Notes: generated from the sequence alone by a model not told the origin. Counted from the stretch's first letter, positions 25,460-35,904 are shown. The stretch is DNA of 64,000 nt from an uncultured Planctomycetales bacterium (GCA_964520655.1 CAZFNI010000007.1:6398-70397); one strand, 5' to 3'. Made by a program: numbers and translations.

Positions 25460-27340
25460 ATGTGCGGGATCATCACCCATTTAAGTCTGGACAACAGCAG
25501 CCGTATTTCTCCTGATACATGCCGGCAGTTAAATGATCTGCTGATCCATCGCGGTCCCGATGATTCCGGTATCTTCTTAAGCGGCAATGTGGCCATGGGC
25601 ATGCGCCGGCTGGCCATCGTGGACTTAGAAGGCGGTCGTCAGCCGATCTCATCGAACGATGGGCGCTACACCATCGTTTTTAACGGGGAGATCTACGATC
25701 ATATGCTGCTGCGCCGTGAACTCTCGGCGCGGGGCAGGACATTTAAGCAGCACAGCGACACCGAGACGATCCTCAATGCCTACATCACCTGGGGAGCGGA
25801 TTGCCTGCGACACTTAAACGGCATGTTCGCGTTTAGCATCTGGGACGACACGGATAAGACTTTGTTCATTGCCCGCGACCGCGTCGGGATGAAGCCGCTT
25901 TACTACGCCCAGGATGCGAAACGCATCTTCTTCTCGTCCGAATTGACCCCGATCGTCCGCAGCCGTTTTTTCGACCTTCAATATAATCTCAAGGCGATCA
26001 GCGACTATTTGAGTTACTGGTATATCTGCGAGCCGGACACGATCTTTTTAAATGTGCATCAGCTTCCTCCGGGGCATTATGCCACCATCAAGGATGGGCG
26101 CATGACGGTCACCCGGTACTGGAGTATTCCCGCTAAGCCTGAGGCGGATGTGCCCTATGCCCAAAGCGTGGAACAGCTGCATGGTTTATTGACCGACGCG
26201 GTCAGGTCCCATTTGGTCGCGGATGTGCCCTTGGGCACATTCTTAAGCGGCGGTATTGATTCGGGCGTGGTGACAGCTTTGGCTAAAAGGCAAGCTGCCG
26301 GGCGATTATGTTCTTTCGGCATCGGTTTCAAAGATAGAAGTTACGATGAGACATCGCTGGCCAAAATGACGGCGGAGAAGCACGGGGTTGATCTGAACGT
26401 CCATATCATGGAGGACATATCGCCCGAACTTCTCGAGGAGATCATCGGCGCATTTGATGAACCGCTGGGGAATGCCAGTTATGTGCCGACCTATCTTTTA
26501 GCCAGGGCCGCTCGCGCCAAACTGAAAGTCGTACTGACGGGCGACGGAGGGGATGAGCTTTTCGGCGGTTATCCGACTTATCAGGCGCCTTACTACCAGA
26601 ATATGTGGCAGCGGACGCCGCGCTTCTTCAAGCAGATCATTAAGCAGTATGTCGCCGGGATGCGGGTGTCGCATCAACGCATTTCCCTTGATTATCGTCT
26701 CAAGCAGCTGATGCAGGGGATAGACCAGGATTATCAGCGCGCGCATATTTCCTGGCGTCAGGTAGCATCGATGGCCGTGCAGCAGCGTTTATGGAGATCT
26801 CATGTTTACGAGAAACTGCGGGGCCATGATCCTTTCATTGTCGCAGAGCGTTATTTCAGCCAGGCCAAAGAACTTTCGGTCATCAATCAGCTCATGTATG
26901 TGGACATCAATACGTTCTTGTTAAATGACCATTTGCGCAAAGTGGACCGCATGACCATGGCCCATGGATTGGAAGCCCGCATCCCGTTCTTGGATCACCG
27001 GATCGTGGAACTCGCCATGCGCATGCCGGCTCAGCATAAGATCAACCTCAGAAGCACAAAAAGAGTGCTCAAATCAGTCGCTGCTCAGTACTTGCCGAAA
27101 CAAGTCATCATGGGCAAGAAGAAGGGGCTGACATCGCCCATTGCCGGCTGGATCCATGGCCCGTTAAAAGAATATTTCAGCGATGTATTAACAGGGGGTA
27201 TTGCCAGCGAATTGTTTGAGTCCAAGGAGATCCGGGTACTGGTCACGGAACACATGGAAAGAAAAAAAGATCACAGCCGTATCTTATGGGCATTATTGAC
27301 GTTGCAGGTCTGGCATCGCAGGATCAGTGTTGGCCCATAA
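25460..27340 (+). CDS. asnB: Asparagine synthase (glutamine-hydrolysing) family amidotransferase.
   Basis: The N-terminal MCGI nucleophile and the PP-loop SGGIDSG (LSGGIDSGVVTALA). 626 aa, typical of AsnB/WbpS-like enzymes found in glycan loci. Confidence 0.85.
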   Translation: MCGIITHLSLDNSSRISPDTCRQLNDLLIHRGPDDSGIFLSGNVAMGMRRLAIVDLEGGRQPISSNDGRYTIVFNGEIYDHMLLRRELSARGRTFKQHSDTETILNAYITWGADCLRHLNGMFAFSIWDDTDKTLFIARDRVGMKPLYYAQDAKRIFFSSELTPIVRSRFFDLQYNLKAISDYLSYWYICEPDTIFLNVHQLPPGHYATIKDGRMTVTRYWSIPAKPEADVPYAQSVEQLHGLLTDAVRSHLVADVPLGTFLSGGIDSGVVTALAKRQAAGRLCSFGIGFKDRSYDETSLAKMTAEKHGVDLNVHIMEDISPELLEEIIGAFDEPLGNASYVPTYLLARAARAKLKVVLTGDGGDELFGGYPTYQAPYYQNMWQRTPRFFKQIIKQYVAGMRVSHQRISLDYRLKQLMQGIDQDYQRAHISWRQVASMAVQQRLWRSHVYEKLRGHDPFIVAERYFSQAKELSVINQLMYVDINTFLLNDHLRKVDRMTMAHGLEARIPFLDHRIVELAMRMPAQHKINLRSTKRVLKSVAAQYLPKQVIMGKKKGLTSPIAGWIHGPLKEYFSDVLTGGIASELFESKEIRVLVTEHMERKKDHSRILWALLTLQVWHRRISVGP

Positions 27341-27410
27341 CCATAACGGAATAGGTGAATTTTCTGTTAAATCATGATATTCTGACGTCATTGCATTGAA
27401 AGAACGCGCG

Positions 27411-27752
27411 ATGGAAAAGATCATTCTGGGAATAGTCCAAACGATATTGTGCCCGCAATTCGCGGCTGATGCTAACCATCATCACGTGACGCATACGGCG
27501 GAAGTGCTTTACCGCAAGATCATGGCCATGCCGTTGTTGCTGCGTCTGGCCATGTCCGTGCTGTTATATGTTTTTAACGGATACGGGGTTTTGCTGGGCG
27601 GACATTTGTTTGAGAACCATGTCCCCCAAAACAAAGCTAAACAGTTAAGCCAATGGCAGAACAGCCCGATCGCCCCTTGCCGTGAAGCAATGTCTTTTTT
27701 TTATAAAATGACTTTTTTTATTTATTTCTCCTTATGCCCAAAGATCGATTAA
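27411..27752 (+). CDS. Hypothetical small membrane protein (~113 aa). The ORF-track start at 27396 is TTG.
   Basis: One hydrophobic helix MAMPLLLRLAMSVLLYVFNGYGVLLGG. Its end overlaps the GMC oxidoreductase start by 19 nt. No recognisable domain. Confidence 0.3.
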   Translation: MEKIILGIVQTILCPQFAADANHHHVTHTAEVLYRKIMAMPLLLRLAMSVLLYVFNGYGVLLGGHLFENHVPQNKAKQLSQWQNSPIAPCREAMSFFYKMTFFIYFSLCPKID

Positions 27753-29065
27753 GTTGTGACGTTCTAGTCATTGGTTCCGGCCCCGGCGGCGCTATGACAG
27801 CCATGCTGTTGGCCCAGGCGGGACGGGATGTGATCCTTTTGGAAGAGGGGCAGCATATCCCCATCGACCAGGTTCCTGCGTATTCCCTGGATGAGATGGA
27901 CCTTAAATACCGCCACGGCGGGTTAACGGTCAGCGCGGGAGATCCCAAGGTCACTTACATAGAAGGCCGCTGCGTCGGAGGGGCAAGCGAGATCAATGCC
28001 GGGCTTTATCATCGCCCGCTGCCAAAAACATTGGATGCCTGGGGGGCGGAGCACCGTTTAAAGGGATTTTCTTCCCAGCTGATGGAGCCGTTCTTTTTAG
28101 CCAATGAAGACATGATCAAGGTGGTGCCGTTTCAGGGTGAATTGTCGATCGCTTCGCGTTTGATCCGCGACGGGGCTCAAAAGCTGGGCTGGCAGTCGGG
28201 GGAGGTGCCCAGGTTATGGGATTACGCGAAGGGATGTAAGTGCTCGATGAGCGAAGCGGTGATCCCGCAATTTATCAAAGCCAAAGGACGGCTGATCACG
28301 CAGGCCAGGGCGGGACGTTTGCATGTGTCCAATAGAAAAGCCTTTCAGGTCAATACCCGTTTATTGAATATCCGTTTTAACCATGTGTTTATCTGCGGCG
28401 GCGCGATACAAACGCCGCTCTTGCTGCGGCGAAGCGGCATCAAGAAGAATATCGGCAATAATTTACGTATGCATCCGGCGGTGCGGGCGGTCGTTGAATT
28501 TGACCGCGATATCAATGATCCAAGTGAGGGCGTGCCGGTCTATCAGGTCAGTGAATTCAAACCGGAGATCTCATTAGGGGGTTCTTACAGCGGGCTGCCG
28601 CATTTAGGGCTGTGGCTCTCCGGGCGAAGCGACCTAAAAGCGCATTTAAAGGCCTGGAAGCGACACGCGATCTTTTACGCCCTGATCATGGCTTCTACGC
28701 CTGGGAAGGTGCGTGCTATTCCTTTTGTCGACGAGCCGATTGTCAGCCTGCCCATGGTCAAGGCTGATTGGGAGCTGATGGAGCAGGGGCTTTCGCGTCT
28801 GGAGGAATTATTCAAGGCGGCAGGGGCGGTGCATATCCACCGCAGCATCAAGCCCGAACTATCAACGATACATTTGTTCTGTTCCTGTCCCATGGGGGAG
28901 GACTCACCGACCGCTGCGGTCGATTCTTACGGCCGGCTGCACGGGTATGACAATATTTATTTGAACGACGCCAGCATTCTACCGGCAACGCCCGGGGTCA
29001 ATCCCCAGGCAACCATCATGGCGCTGGCCCGCCGCAACGTGGAGCATTTTATAAAATACTCATGA
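27734..29065 (+). CDS. GMC-family FAD-dependent oxidoreductase.
   Basis: N-terminal CDVLVIGSGPGGAMTAMLLAQAGRDVILLEEG (FAD-binding GxGxxG). C-terminal YLNDASILPATPGVNPQATIMALA is the characteristic GMC C-terminal motif. Confidence 0.75.
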   Translation: MPKDRLSCDVLVIGSGPGGAMTAMLLAQAGRDVILLEEGQHIPIDQVPAYSLDEMDLKYRHGGLTVSAGDPKVTYIEGRCVGGASEINAGLYHRPLPKTLDAWGAEHRLKGFSSQLMEPFFLANEDMIKVVPFQGELSIASRLIRDGAQKLGWQSGEVPRLWDYAKGCKCSMSEAVIPQFIKAKGRLITQARAGRLHVSNRKAFQVNTRLLNIRFNHVFICGGAIQTPLLLRRSGIKKNIGNNLRMHPAVRAVVEFDRDINDPSEGVPVYQVSEFKPEISLGGSYSGLPHLGLWLSGRSDLKAHLKAWKRHAIFYALIMASTPGKVRAIPFVDEPIVSLPMVKADWELMEQGLSRLEELFKAAGAVHIHRSIKPELSTIHLFCSCPMGEDSPTAAVDSYGRLHGYDNIYLNDASILPATPGVNPQATIMALARRNVEHFIKYS

Positions 29066-31116
29066 GCCGATTATCTTTGAGCCCCGCGTACCGCAATGTC
29101 CTGATGCTGGCCGTTCTAAGCTTCCTGCAGGCGCTGCAGCTGCTGATCTGGGCGGCTGCTGCAAGTTCCCTGATCCCCTATGCCAGGACCGATTTTGTCA
29201 CAAAGATCTTTCCGGTCTATTTGCCCGAGGTAAGGCCTGAGCGGGAGATGCTCTTGTTCCGTTTGTTTGTGGTGATGGCCGTCGCTATCATGGCGGCGTG
29301 GATCGTCCGGCACAAGGATGAGGTCGACTCCCGAGAACTTCGACGGGAATATGGCGCTTATACGGTCTTTACGGCAACGGTCATTGTCATACAGCTGATC
29401 TTTATTTTTAAACTTATTGTTTTTGGGGGCCCCCTGTGGGCCAGAGTGATGATGTGGCTTTGCATGGTCGGAGCTTTGTTGGCGCATGTGTTCTGGCCGG
29501 AACTGCGGAAAATATTATCTTCCTGGCAGGGGAAGATCATATCCAGCGATGATGTTGGATCCCCGCATTTGTGGGATGCTTCATTTATCCTTTTGCTGTT
29601 TGTTCTGCTATATCCAAATAATCTAGATAATGTACTGGGCCGCATATTTGTTCATGATCAGTTCTATCATTTAGACAGCATGCTCATGATGCCGGGCTTC
29701 GCGCATCTCAAAGGTCTGCTGTTAAACCGGGATATCACCAGCGAATACAGCGCCGGGTTGCCTGTAATGCTGTCCAATGTGCTGAATTTCTTCCATGGGT
29801 TTGATTATCCGGGGGCGGTAAGGCTGTTGATCATGTTGAACCTGGTTTATTACGCGGCGTTGTACCTGTTCATTGCCCGCTGGCTTAATTCCAGGCCTTT
29901 GGGGGTGTTGGGCACATTGCTTGCGGTCAAATGGCAAATGTTCCATTGGGGGGTGGCGCCATTGGTCTGGCAATTCCCCAGTGCCACCGCTTTAAGGCAT
30001 TTGCCGGACATTGTGTTTTATTTTACTTTCTGGCAGTATTTAAGAACACTTAAGACGCGCTGGTTGATCATTGCGGTGATCTCTGTCGGTGTCACGTTGT
30101 TCTGGATGATGGATGTCGGGGTCTATTTGCTGGCAGCGCTTTGCGCGGGCATGCTTTTATTCAATTGGCGGCAGGCTTTCGCAGCGGCGGCTCTGGCGCT
30201 TGGCACGGCTTTTGTGTTGCTGTGGGCTGGGCAGCCCCAGGCGGTTGTGTCGGCGGATTATTGGAAGAACCAGTTTGAATTCGCCTCATTGTTCCTCAAC
30301 GGGTGGGGGGCATTACCGATGACGGAAGGGTTAAAGGATAAGCAGTTCTTTGCTTTTATCATTGGATTTGTTATTCCCGTCGGTTATGCCGCCAGTTTAG
30401 TCTACAGCGCCCAACGTTTCTGGGCAGATAAAAACCGAAAAGACCATTTGTTCGTCGTTGTGTTGTGCCTGTACGGCCTTGGCCTGTACCATTATTTTAT
30501 CCATCGTTCTGGTGTCACCAGTTATTACGCGGTGTGTGTTCCGCTTGTTTTGCTTGTGTGTTTTTGGGGGCAGCAGCTGTTGTCCCGGCTGCCTGCCGAT
30601 AAGCGGCGGCTGGCGGCGGTCGTGGCCGCAAGCCTGATGCTGCCGATCTTGGCTACGAGCTATCTGTTCACGTATTATCCCAATATCCTTAATCTTGCCG
30701 GCAATGACTGGAAGATCGAGGCCAAATATTATCGCGAACACTTTGACCTGAAAAAAGATGCGCAAATGATCGCGTCATTGTCCGCTCCTGGCGAGAGGGT
30801 GGCCATCATCAGTAGTTTTGAGACCAGGATCCTGATGCAGGCCGACCGTCCGCCGCTGTTTTACTATTCACCCATGGTCGAATCTTCCTTGATGGATGAT
30901 CCGCGATCACGGTTGACCTATCTACACACTCACAAACGGCTGCGGGAGACGATCGCGCAGATCGAGGAACGCAGGCCGTCGTATGTTTTTATCGAGGCAA
31001 AGATGCTCAATGTGCAGGGCCAGGAAGCATTGTCAGGTCTGTTAAGCGCGGTGATGAACAATTACACACCGTTTAAACAAGGGGTTTACTTGATCGCCTT
31101 TAAGAGGACGAAATGA
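29062..31116 (+). CDS. Family C-1: uncharacterised polytopic membrane protein (684 aa) with a conserved C-terminal soluble domain.
   Basis: Shares with five paralogs the blocks FVHDQFYHLD, YGLGLYHYF, YYPNILN and a C-terminal SSFETRILMQADRPPLFYY ... YVFIE. No match to any family I recognise. Confidence 0.7.
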   Translation: MSRLSLSPAYRNVLMLAVLSFLQALQLLIWAAAASSLIPYARTDFVTKIFPVYLPEVRPEREMLLFRLFVVMAVAIMAAWIVRHKDEVDSRELRREYGAYTVFTATVIVIQLIFIFKLIVFGGPLWARVMMWLCMVGALLAHVFWPELRKILSSWQGKIISSDDVGSPHLWDASFILLLFVLLYPNNLDNVLGRIFVHDQFYHLDSMLMMPGFAHLKGLLLNRDITSEYSAGLPVMLSNVLNFFHGFDYPGAVRLLIMLNLVYYAALYLFIARWLNSRPLGVLGTLLAVKWQMFHWGVAPLVWQFPSATALRHLPDIVFYFTFWQYLRTLKTRWLIIAVISVGVTLFWMMDVGVYLLAALCAGMLLFNWRQAFAAAALALGTAFVLLWAGQPQAVVSADYWKNQFEFASLFLNGWGALPMTEGLKDKQFFAFIIGFVIPVGYAASLVYSAQRFWADKNRKDHLFVVVLCLYGLGLYHYFIHRSGVTSYYAVCVPLVLLVCFWGQQLLSRLPADKRRLAAVVAASLMLPILATSYLFTYYPNILNLAGNDWKIEAKYYREHFDLKKDAQMIASLSAPGERVAIISSFETRILMQADRPPLFYYSPMVESSLMDDPRSRLTYLHTHKRLRETIAQIEERRPSYVFIEAKMLNVQGQEALSGLLSAVMNNYTPFKQGVYLIAFKRTK

Positions 31117-33701
31117 AGAACCAGTGCGCAAGACGTGATATTGGCATCGCCTTTATCCTGACCATGGCGGCTTATGCGCTGCTTTATCCTGATCAGTTCG
31201 TGTTCGGCAGCCGCCGTTTTTTGCAAGGGCAGGATACGGAGATACATTTAGAGAGCCTATTTACGCTGGTATCCCATGTTTTCCAGGGCGGGGTGCAGCT
31301 GTACGACCGTTTCGACGGGTTCAATAATGTATACACCCTCATGACCGCTGGCTTATATTCAGTTCTGGATATGATCTTAGCCGGCATATATGTATTGTTA
31401 AGCCCTTTAAGCGATCATTCCGGAAGTTTCCTGCACCAGGTCTATTCCGTCGGGTATTACGCCGGAGCTGCGGTGATACGCATCATGGGGGGCTATTTAT
31501 TGCTGGGCAAGTTCACGCGAAACAGGGCGGCCCGCGTCATCGCGCTGGTGCTGGCGAATCTGTTCCTCTCGTCGTTTTTGATCAACCGCGGCATGCAGGT
31601 CAATAACTTGTATAGTTATTTGCCGCTGCTTTTATATTTTGTCCTTAATTTTTTTGAGAACTTTGATCTAAAAGATGCGTGTCTCGCCGCGCTGGTCATG
31701 GCATTGGCGGTGAGCAATTCGCCATTCTTGGGCTTAAGTTATTTTTATTTGATCGTCCATTTTTTTATGATCAGCTGTGCAGCCGTCTATGCGTATTTTG
31801 CGTTAAAAGATGGCATCAAAGAAAGAACGCTAAGCTGGGAACCAGCTCAATGGGGATATGCCGCCGCTGTTGCAGCGGTCATTGTTATCCTGATCCTGCC
31901 GTACGCGCTGATGCAGTCGGATTTCAAAAATGATTTCTTCATCGCTAATTCAGGTGTTAACGGCACCGTTGGCCGTCTAAAGGCGGCGGGGGTGGACGCG
32001 TATTTTTCTTTCCCCGGTCGTTCCTATGTGAACCCTGGTGAGTTCTTGACCAAAAGTGTTGATTTCACGCTGACCCGATGGGGATCGACATGGATGTTCT
32101 TAGGTGTCGGTATGCTCTTTCTGATCTTAAGCGGACTGGTGCTGTCCCGTCAGAGGTTAAAGGGAGTGATCGTTTGCCTGACGGTCTTTGTGCTGAGCTT
32201 AAATATTCCAGCCAGCAAGGACAGTGTGCCCGGCTTTGCCCACTGGATCAATGTGTTGACAAATCCTTTCCATTTTTTGATCCGCAGCGTCCATATGTCG
32301 ACGCTGTTATGGTATCTCACCTTGACGCCGTTAGTTGCGCTGGGGATAGAGGCGTTGACCGCTTTGGCTGCTGGCCGCCGCGAGGCGGTCCATGCCGGTC
32401 GTCTTTATACATTCCTGGGATTCTTTGCCGGATCGTGTGTGCTGACAGCGTGTTTATCGCCGGGGCGGGTGCAGGGATATGTGCTGCTGCAGGGGGCGCT
32501 TATTGTCGCGACCATGCTTTTACTCTCCACACAGAAGAAGAAAATGAAATGGGCGGCCGCGCTGCTGGGGATCATTTTGATCGCCGGAGAGCTGGCAGCT
32601 CTTAAGAATTACGTGGACGAAGACCTGGATGTGCAGGTGCATTTAAAGCCGCAGGTTTACAGCGGCGTGCGTTCTGCTGAACCAATTTTATTAGATCATC
32701 AAAACCCCAAGGTCTTTCCCAACCGGGCGTATTATAAGAATAGCGCGCAACCCGTCTTTCCGCCGGCCTATACCTATCAGAACACTTACGGCGCCTATTA
32801 CAGTCATTATCCATTGATGGAGCGTTTTTTGCGTCCTCCTTCGCTGTATGAACCAAGGCCGCTGGTATTTAAAGGTTTCGCCCAAGATGTCGCGAACGCG
32901 GCGTATTTGCAGAAAGTCGGCCTGATGATGTTCTTTGTGCCGTATGCCATGGATGATTCGCGGGTGCGCATGGAAGACTTGTTGTCCGCGGGGCTTAATG
33001 GGCAGGTGGTGCTATTGCCCGCGGGTTCGCCTGGGATGGTTCCGCCCGATCAGGCGATCGTACCCCAGCCGATGCCAGTGGTCAGGACCCAGGAATTCGC
33101 ATTAGATCCCAAAAAAGCCAAACGTATACAGAAGGGGACTAATATCGAGTGGCATTTGACGCTTCCAGGCGGCTTCCCTTCTTATGTGACATCGACGGTG
33201 TTCACTCAAGATCAAGATGATCTTCAGCTATTGATGGGAGAGAGGGCATTAACACAGGTTCAAGGCGGGTTGGTTGTTCCCTACAGCTTTGATGTACAGA
33301 ATATCAAGGAGGGCAAGGCGGTGGTCCTGCTGCCGCAAGGCATTGATCCAGCATCGTCAGGGCTTAAGCTGGTGTACAAAAGATCAGACGGTATTAAGGA
33401 GATCTGGAAGAATACCCATGATGCCTGGGGTTTGACGATCGAAGCTCCCGTGGATGGATGGGTGGTGTTCCACTATCCGTATGATCCAAAATGGAAGATC
33501 ATTGTCGACGGAAGAACAGAAGCGCTTTACAAGGCGGATCATTATTATTGCGCTGTGCGTGTATCCAAAGGCGAACATCGGCTTTTACTCCAGTATTGGC
33601 CGGGGACGATCATACGGCCGTTGTTATTGTTATCAGCACTGCTTAGCATCGGTGTATTTTTTTATGTATTTAAAGAAGGGTATCGGCGTGAGTGTCCATA
33701 G
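31113..33701 (+). CDS. Family B-3: YfhO-like polytopic membrane protein (862 aa).
   Basis: FQGGVQLYDRFDGFNNVY and HWINVLTNPFHFLIRSVHM. C-terminal DPKWKIIVDGRTEALYKADHYYCAVRVSKGEHRLLLQYWP. Confidence 0.65.
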   Translation: MKNQCARRDIGIAFILTMAAYALLYPDQFVFGSRRFLQGQDTEIHLESLFTLVSHVFQGGVQLYDRFDGFNNVYTLMTAGLYSVLDMILAGIYVLLSPLSDHSGSFLHQVYSVGYYAGAAVIRIMGGYLLLGKFTRNRAARVIALVLANLFLSSFLINRGMQVNNLYSYLPLLLYFVLNFFENFDLKDACLAALVMALAVSNSPFLGLSYFYLIVHFFMISCAAVYAYFALKDGIKERTLSWEPAQWGYAAAVAAVIVILILPYALMQSDFKNDFFIANSGVNGTVGRLKAAGVDAYFSFPGRSYVNPGEFLTKSVDFTLTRWGSTWMFLGVGMLFLILSGLVLSRQRLKGVIVCLTVFVLSLNIPASKDSVPGFAHWINVLTNPFHFLIRSVHMSTLLWYLTLTPLVALGIEALTALAAGRREAVHAGRLYTFLGFFAGSCVLTACLSPGRVQGYVLLQGALIVATMLLLSTQKKKMKWAAALLGIILIAGELAALKNYVDEDLDVQVHLKPQVYSGVRSAEPILLDHQNPKVFPNRAYYKNSAQPVFPPAYTYQNTYGAYYSHYPLMERFLRPPSLYEPRPLVFKGFAQDVANAAYLQKVGLMMFFVPYAMDDSRVRMEDLLSAGLNGQVVLLPAGSPGMVPPDQAIVPQPMPVVRTQEFALDPKKAKRIQKGTNIEWHLTLPGGFPSYVTSTVFTQDQDDLQLLMGERALTQVQGGLVVPYSFDVQNIKEGKAVVLLPQGIDPASSGLKLVYKRSDGIKEIWKNTHDAWGLTIEAPVDGWVVFHYPYDPKWKIIVDGRTEALYKADHYYCAVRVSKGEHRLLLQYWPGTIIRPLLLLSALLSIGVFFYVFKEGYRRECP

Positions 33702-35904
33702 AAAGATCTTTTATTCGTCCCTGTTAGGTATCCTGACAGCCCTTCAGGCGACAGTCCTGTTAGCCAGGCTCTTGTCCTTGAGAGTTCCGTCCTCGGCATT
33801 GACTGCCGATGTGGTCGGCGAGTGGCAATCCCTGCTGCGCCCGGAGTGGGAGACGGTCATTTACCGCGGATTTGTTTTTTTTGCTATTACTGGAGCATTT
33901 CTTTGGGTGAATATCCTTCGATTTATCCCGCGTTTACCCCGCTTTGCGGCCGCGGAGCTGGTCGTGACCGTCGCGATCCTGGGGACATGTTTCAAAGCGG
34001 CGGTCTATGCCGGCCATCCGCAGCTGGCAGGCAATTGGCAGATCATTCTTCTGGCCTCAGCGGTGCTTCTTAAAGTTTTCTGGCCGTGGGTGGATCGTCA
34101 GACAGAGGCGTTGGCGGAATTTGCTCTCAATAAGAGCAACAGGAAATACATCGATCTGCTGCTGACGGTCCTGATGCCCCTGGTGATCGTTTTGATCATC
34201 GATGTCCCCAATGTCCAGGGCGCTGTGGCGCGATTTTTTGTCGGCGAGCAATTCCATCATAACGACAGTTTTATTTATGGGCCGGTCCTCGCTTATGCCA
34301 GCGGCGCGAAGCTTGATGTGGATGTCATCAGCCAGTACGGGGTGGGTGTCGGCGCTATTTTTGGGACTTTGTCCTCGATGATCGGGGGCGTCAGTTATGA
34401 AAATGGGCTGACGCTGATGGTCTGGGGCGCGATCATCTATTATGTGCTGCTCTTCTTCCTGCTAAGGTCCTGGATCAACAATACAGTGCTGGCCTGTGCA
34501 GGGGTTTTTCTGGCGCTTAAATTCCAAATGTTCAATGCGGGCGTTTATCCGTTCGCTTTCACCTATGGCAGCGCGACAGTGCTGCGCGCCTGGTTTGATA
34601 TTGTTGTGCTTTGGTCCTTATGGGCGCACAGCCGCTGTCCCAGGATGCGCTGGCTAATATTGGCCGCCGCCGCATGCGGAGCGCAGTTATTCTATATCCC
34701 CTCCGACGGGGCTTATGTGTCGGCGATGCTGGCGTTCTATATCTTTGTCTGGGCCTGGCTTAACGGGGGGGTCAGAAAACTCTGGATCCTGGTCGTGCTG
34801 CTGGCTGCGCCGGCAATAATGCTGCTGTTGATGGGGATATTCCTGGGACCATCGGTCGGGCAAAAGATCTTTTGGGAGAACCTCAAAGAATTCGTCAGCT
34901 ATTTCCTTAACGGTTTTGGGCTGACGCCGATCGACAGCGGTTTGATCGAGCGCAAGTTCCTGGCATCCCTGATGGGCTTTGTGCTGCCGGTCCTTTATGT
35001 ACTGACGTTGTTGTTCACCGGCGCGCTTTTGCTGCTGCGCAAGATCCATCTGCGCAACCTTTTTGCCTGTACGCTCAGCGTTTACGGGTTATGTCTCTAC
35101 CATTACTACGTGGCCCGATCAGGCCCGTCGAGCTATTATGTGGTTTCTGTTCCTTTTGTGATGCTCTTGATATTTTGGATCAGCAAAGCCGGCGCGCTGT
35201 TCCCGGAAAATCTCCGCCGTATGACAAGTCCGGCGGTTCTTCTGGTCAGCGTGTTGATGCTGCTGCTTAATCAGAATTTTATTGCCTATCCTAATCGCTT
35301 TAACGTCTCGCGAAATCCTTTGACCGATCCCGCTGTTGCCCAGCCGCTGGATTCCGGCCTGCCGTATTTCTATCATTTATATAGAGGCTACAATGATCAA
35401 CTGAAAGTCCCGCTCAATGCTTTAGGTCAGCAGGATGAGGGACTCTATGCCGAATCGGATTTCCGCTCAGATGACCAGCTTTTGTCCTATTATCGCGCGG
35501 AATCGGATTTTTCTGTTGATGCGGCATTGATCGCCCGTTTGACAAAACCTGATGAGCCGGCGGCATTGATCAGCAGTTTTGAGATCAAAATACTCATCGA
35601 TGCCAAACGCCGCCCTTACTTTTATTATTTCCCTCTGGCAATTTCTCATCCGCTGCGTTCCCGGACGCTTGTGCGCAGCAGCATTTACACGAAGGACCAG
35701 CTGACAAAGGTGCTTGAGAAATTAGACCGGGACAAGCCGCCGTATATTTTCGTCGAACGCGTTTTGCTGCAGCGTCCGCTGCCGGAAGTATTTTATTTTT
35801 ATTATTCCAGCATGCTGTATTTAGTCGACCATGTGATGGCCAACTATGAGGTCGCCCAACAGGGGAAATATATTGTTGCCATGCGTTATAAAGGAGCCCG
35901 ATAG
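33688..35904 (+). CDS. Family C-2 paralog. The GTG at 33688 (or the ATG at 33664) is the preferred start; the ORF-track extension to 33454 overlaps the upstream gene by 250 nt and is rejected.
   Basis: FVGEQFHHNDSF, YGLCLYHYY, AYPNRFNVSRNP, ISSFEIKILIDAKRRPYFYYFP ... YIFVERVLL ... GKYIVAMRYK. Confidence 0.65.
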   Translation: MSVHRKIFYSSLLGILTALQATVLLARLLSLRVPSSALTADVVGEWQSLLRPEWETVIYRGFVFFAITGAFLWVNILRFIPRLPRFAAAELVVTVAILGTCFKAAVYAGHPQLAGNWQIILLASAVLLKVFWPWVDRQTEALAEFALNKSNRKYIDLLLTVLMPLVIVLIIDVPNVQGAVARFFVGEQFHHNDSFIYGPVLAYASGAKLDVDVISQYGVGVGAIFGTLSSMIGGVSYENGLTLMVWGAIIYYVLLFFLLRSWINNTVLACAGVFLALKFQMFNAGVYPFAFTYGSATVLRAWFDIVVLWSLWAHSRCPRMRWLILAAAACGAQLFYIPSDGAYVSAMLAFYIFVWAWLNGGVRKLWILVVLLAAPAIMLLLMGIFLGPSVGQKIFWENLKEFVSYFLNGFGLTPIDSGLIERKFLASLMGFVLPVLYVLTLLFTGALLLLRKIHLRNLFACTLSVYGLCLYHYYVARSGPSSYYVVSVPFVMLLIFWISKAGALFPENLRRMTSPAVLLVSVLMLLLNQNFIAYPNRFNVSRNPLTDPAVAQPLDSGLPYFYHLYRGYNDQLKVPLNALGQQDEGLYAESDFRSDDQLLSYYRAESDFSVDAALIARLTKPDEPAALISSFEIKILIDAKRRPYFYYFPLAISHPLRSRTLVRSSIYTKDQLTKVLEKLDRDKPPYIFVERVLLQRPLPEVFYFYYSSMLYLVDHVMANYEVAQQGKYIVAMRYKGAR

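Noticed and set aside
33454-33687. ORF-track N-terminal extension of Family C-2 back to 33454.
   Set aside because: It overlaps the C-terminus of YfhO-3 by about 250 nt in another frame. The paralogs start about 10 aa before the first TM helix, which corresponds to the GTG at 33688 or the ATG at 33664.
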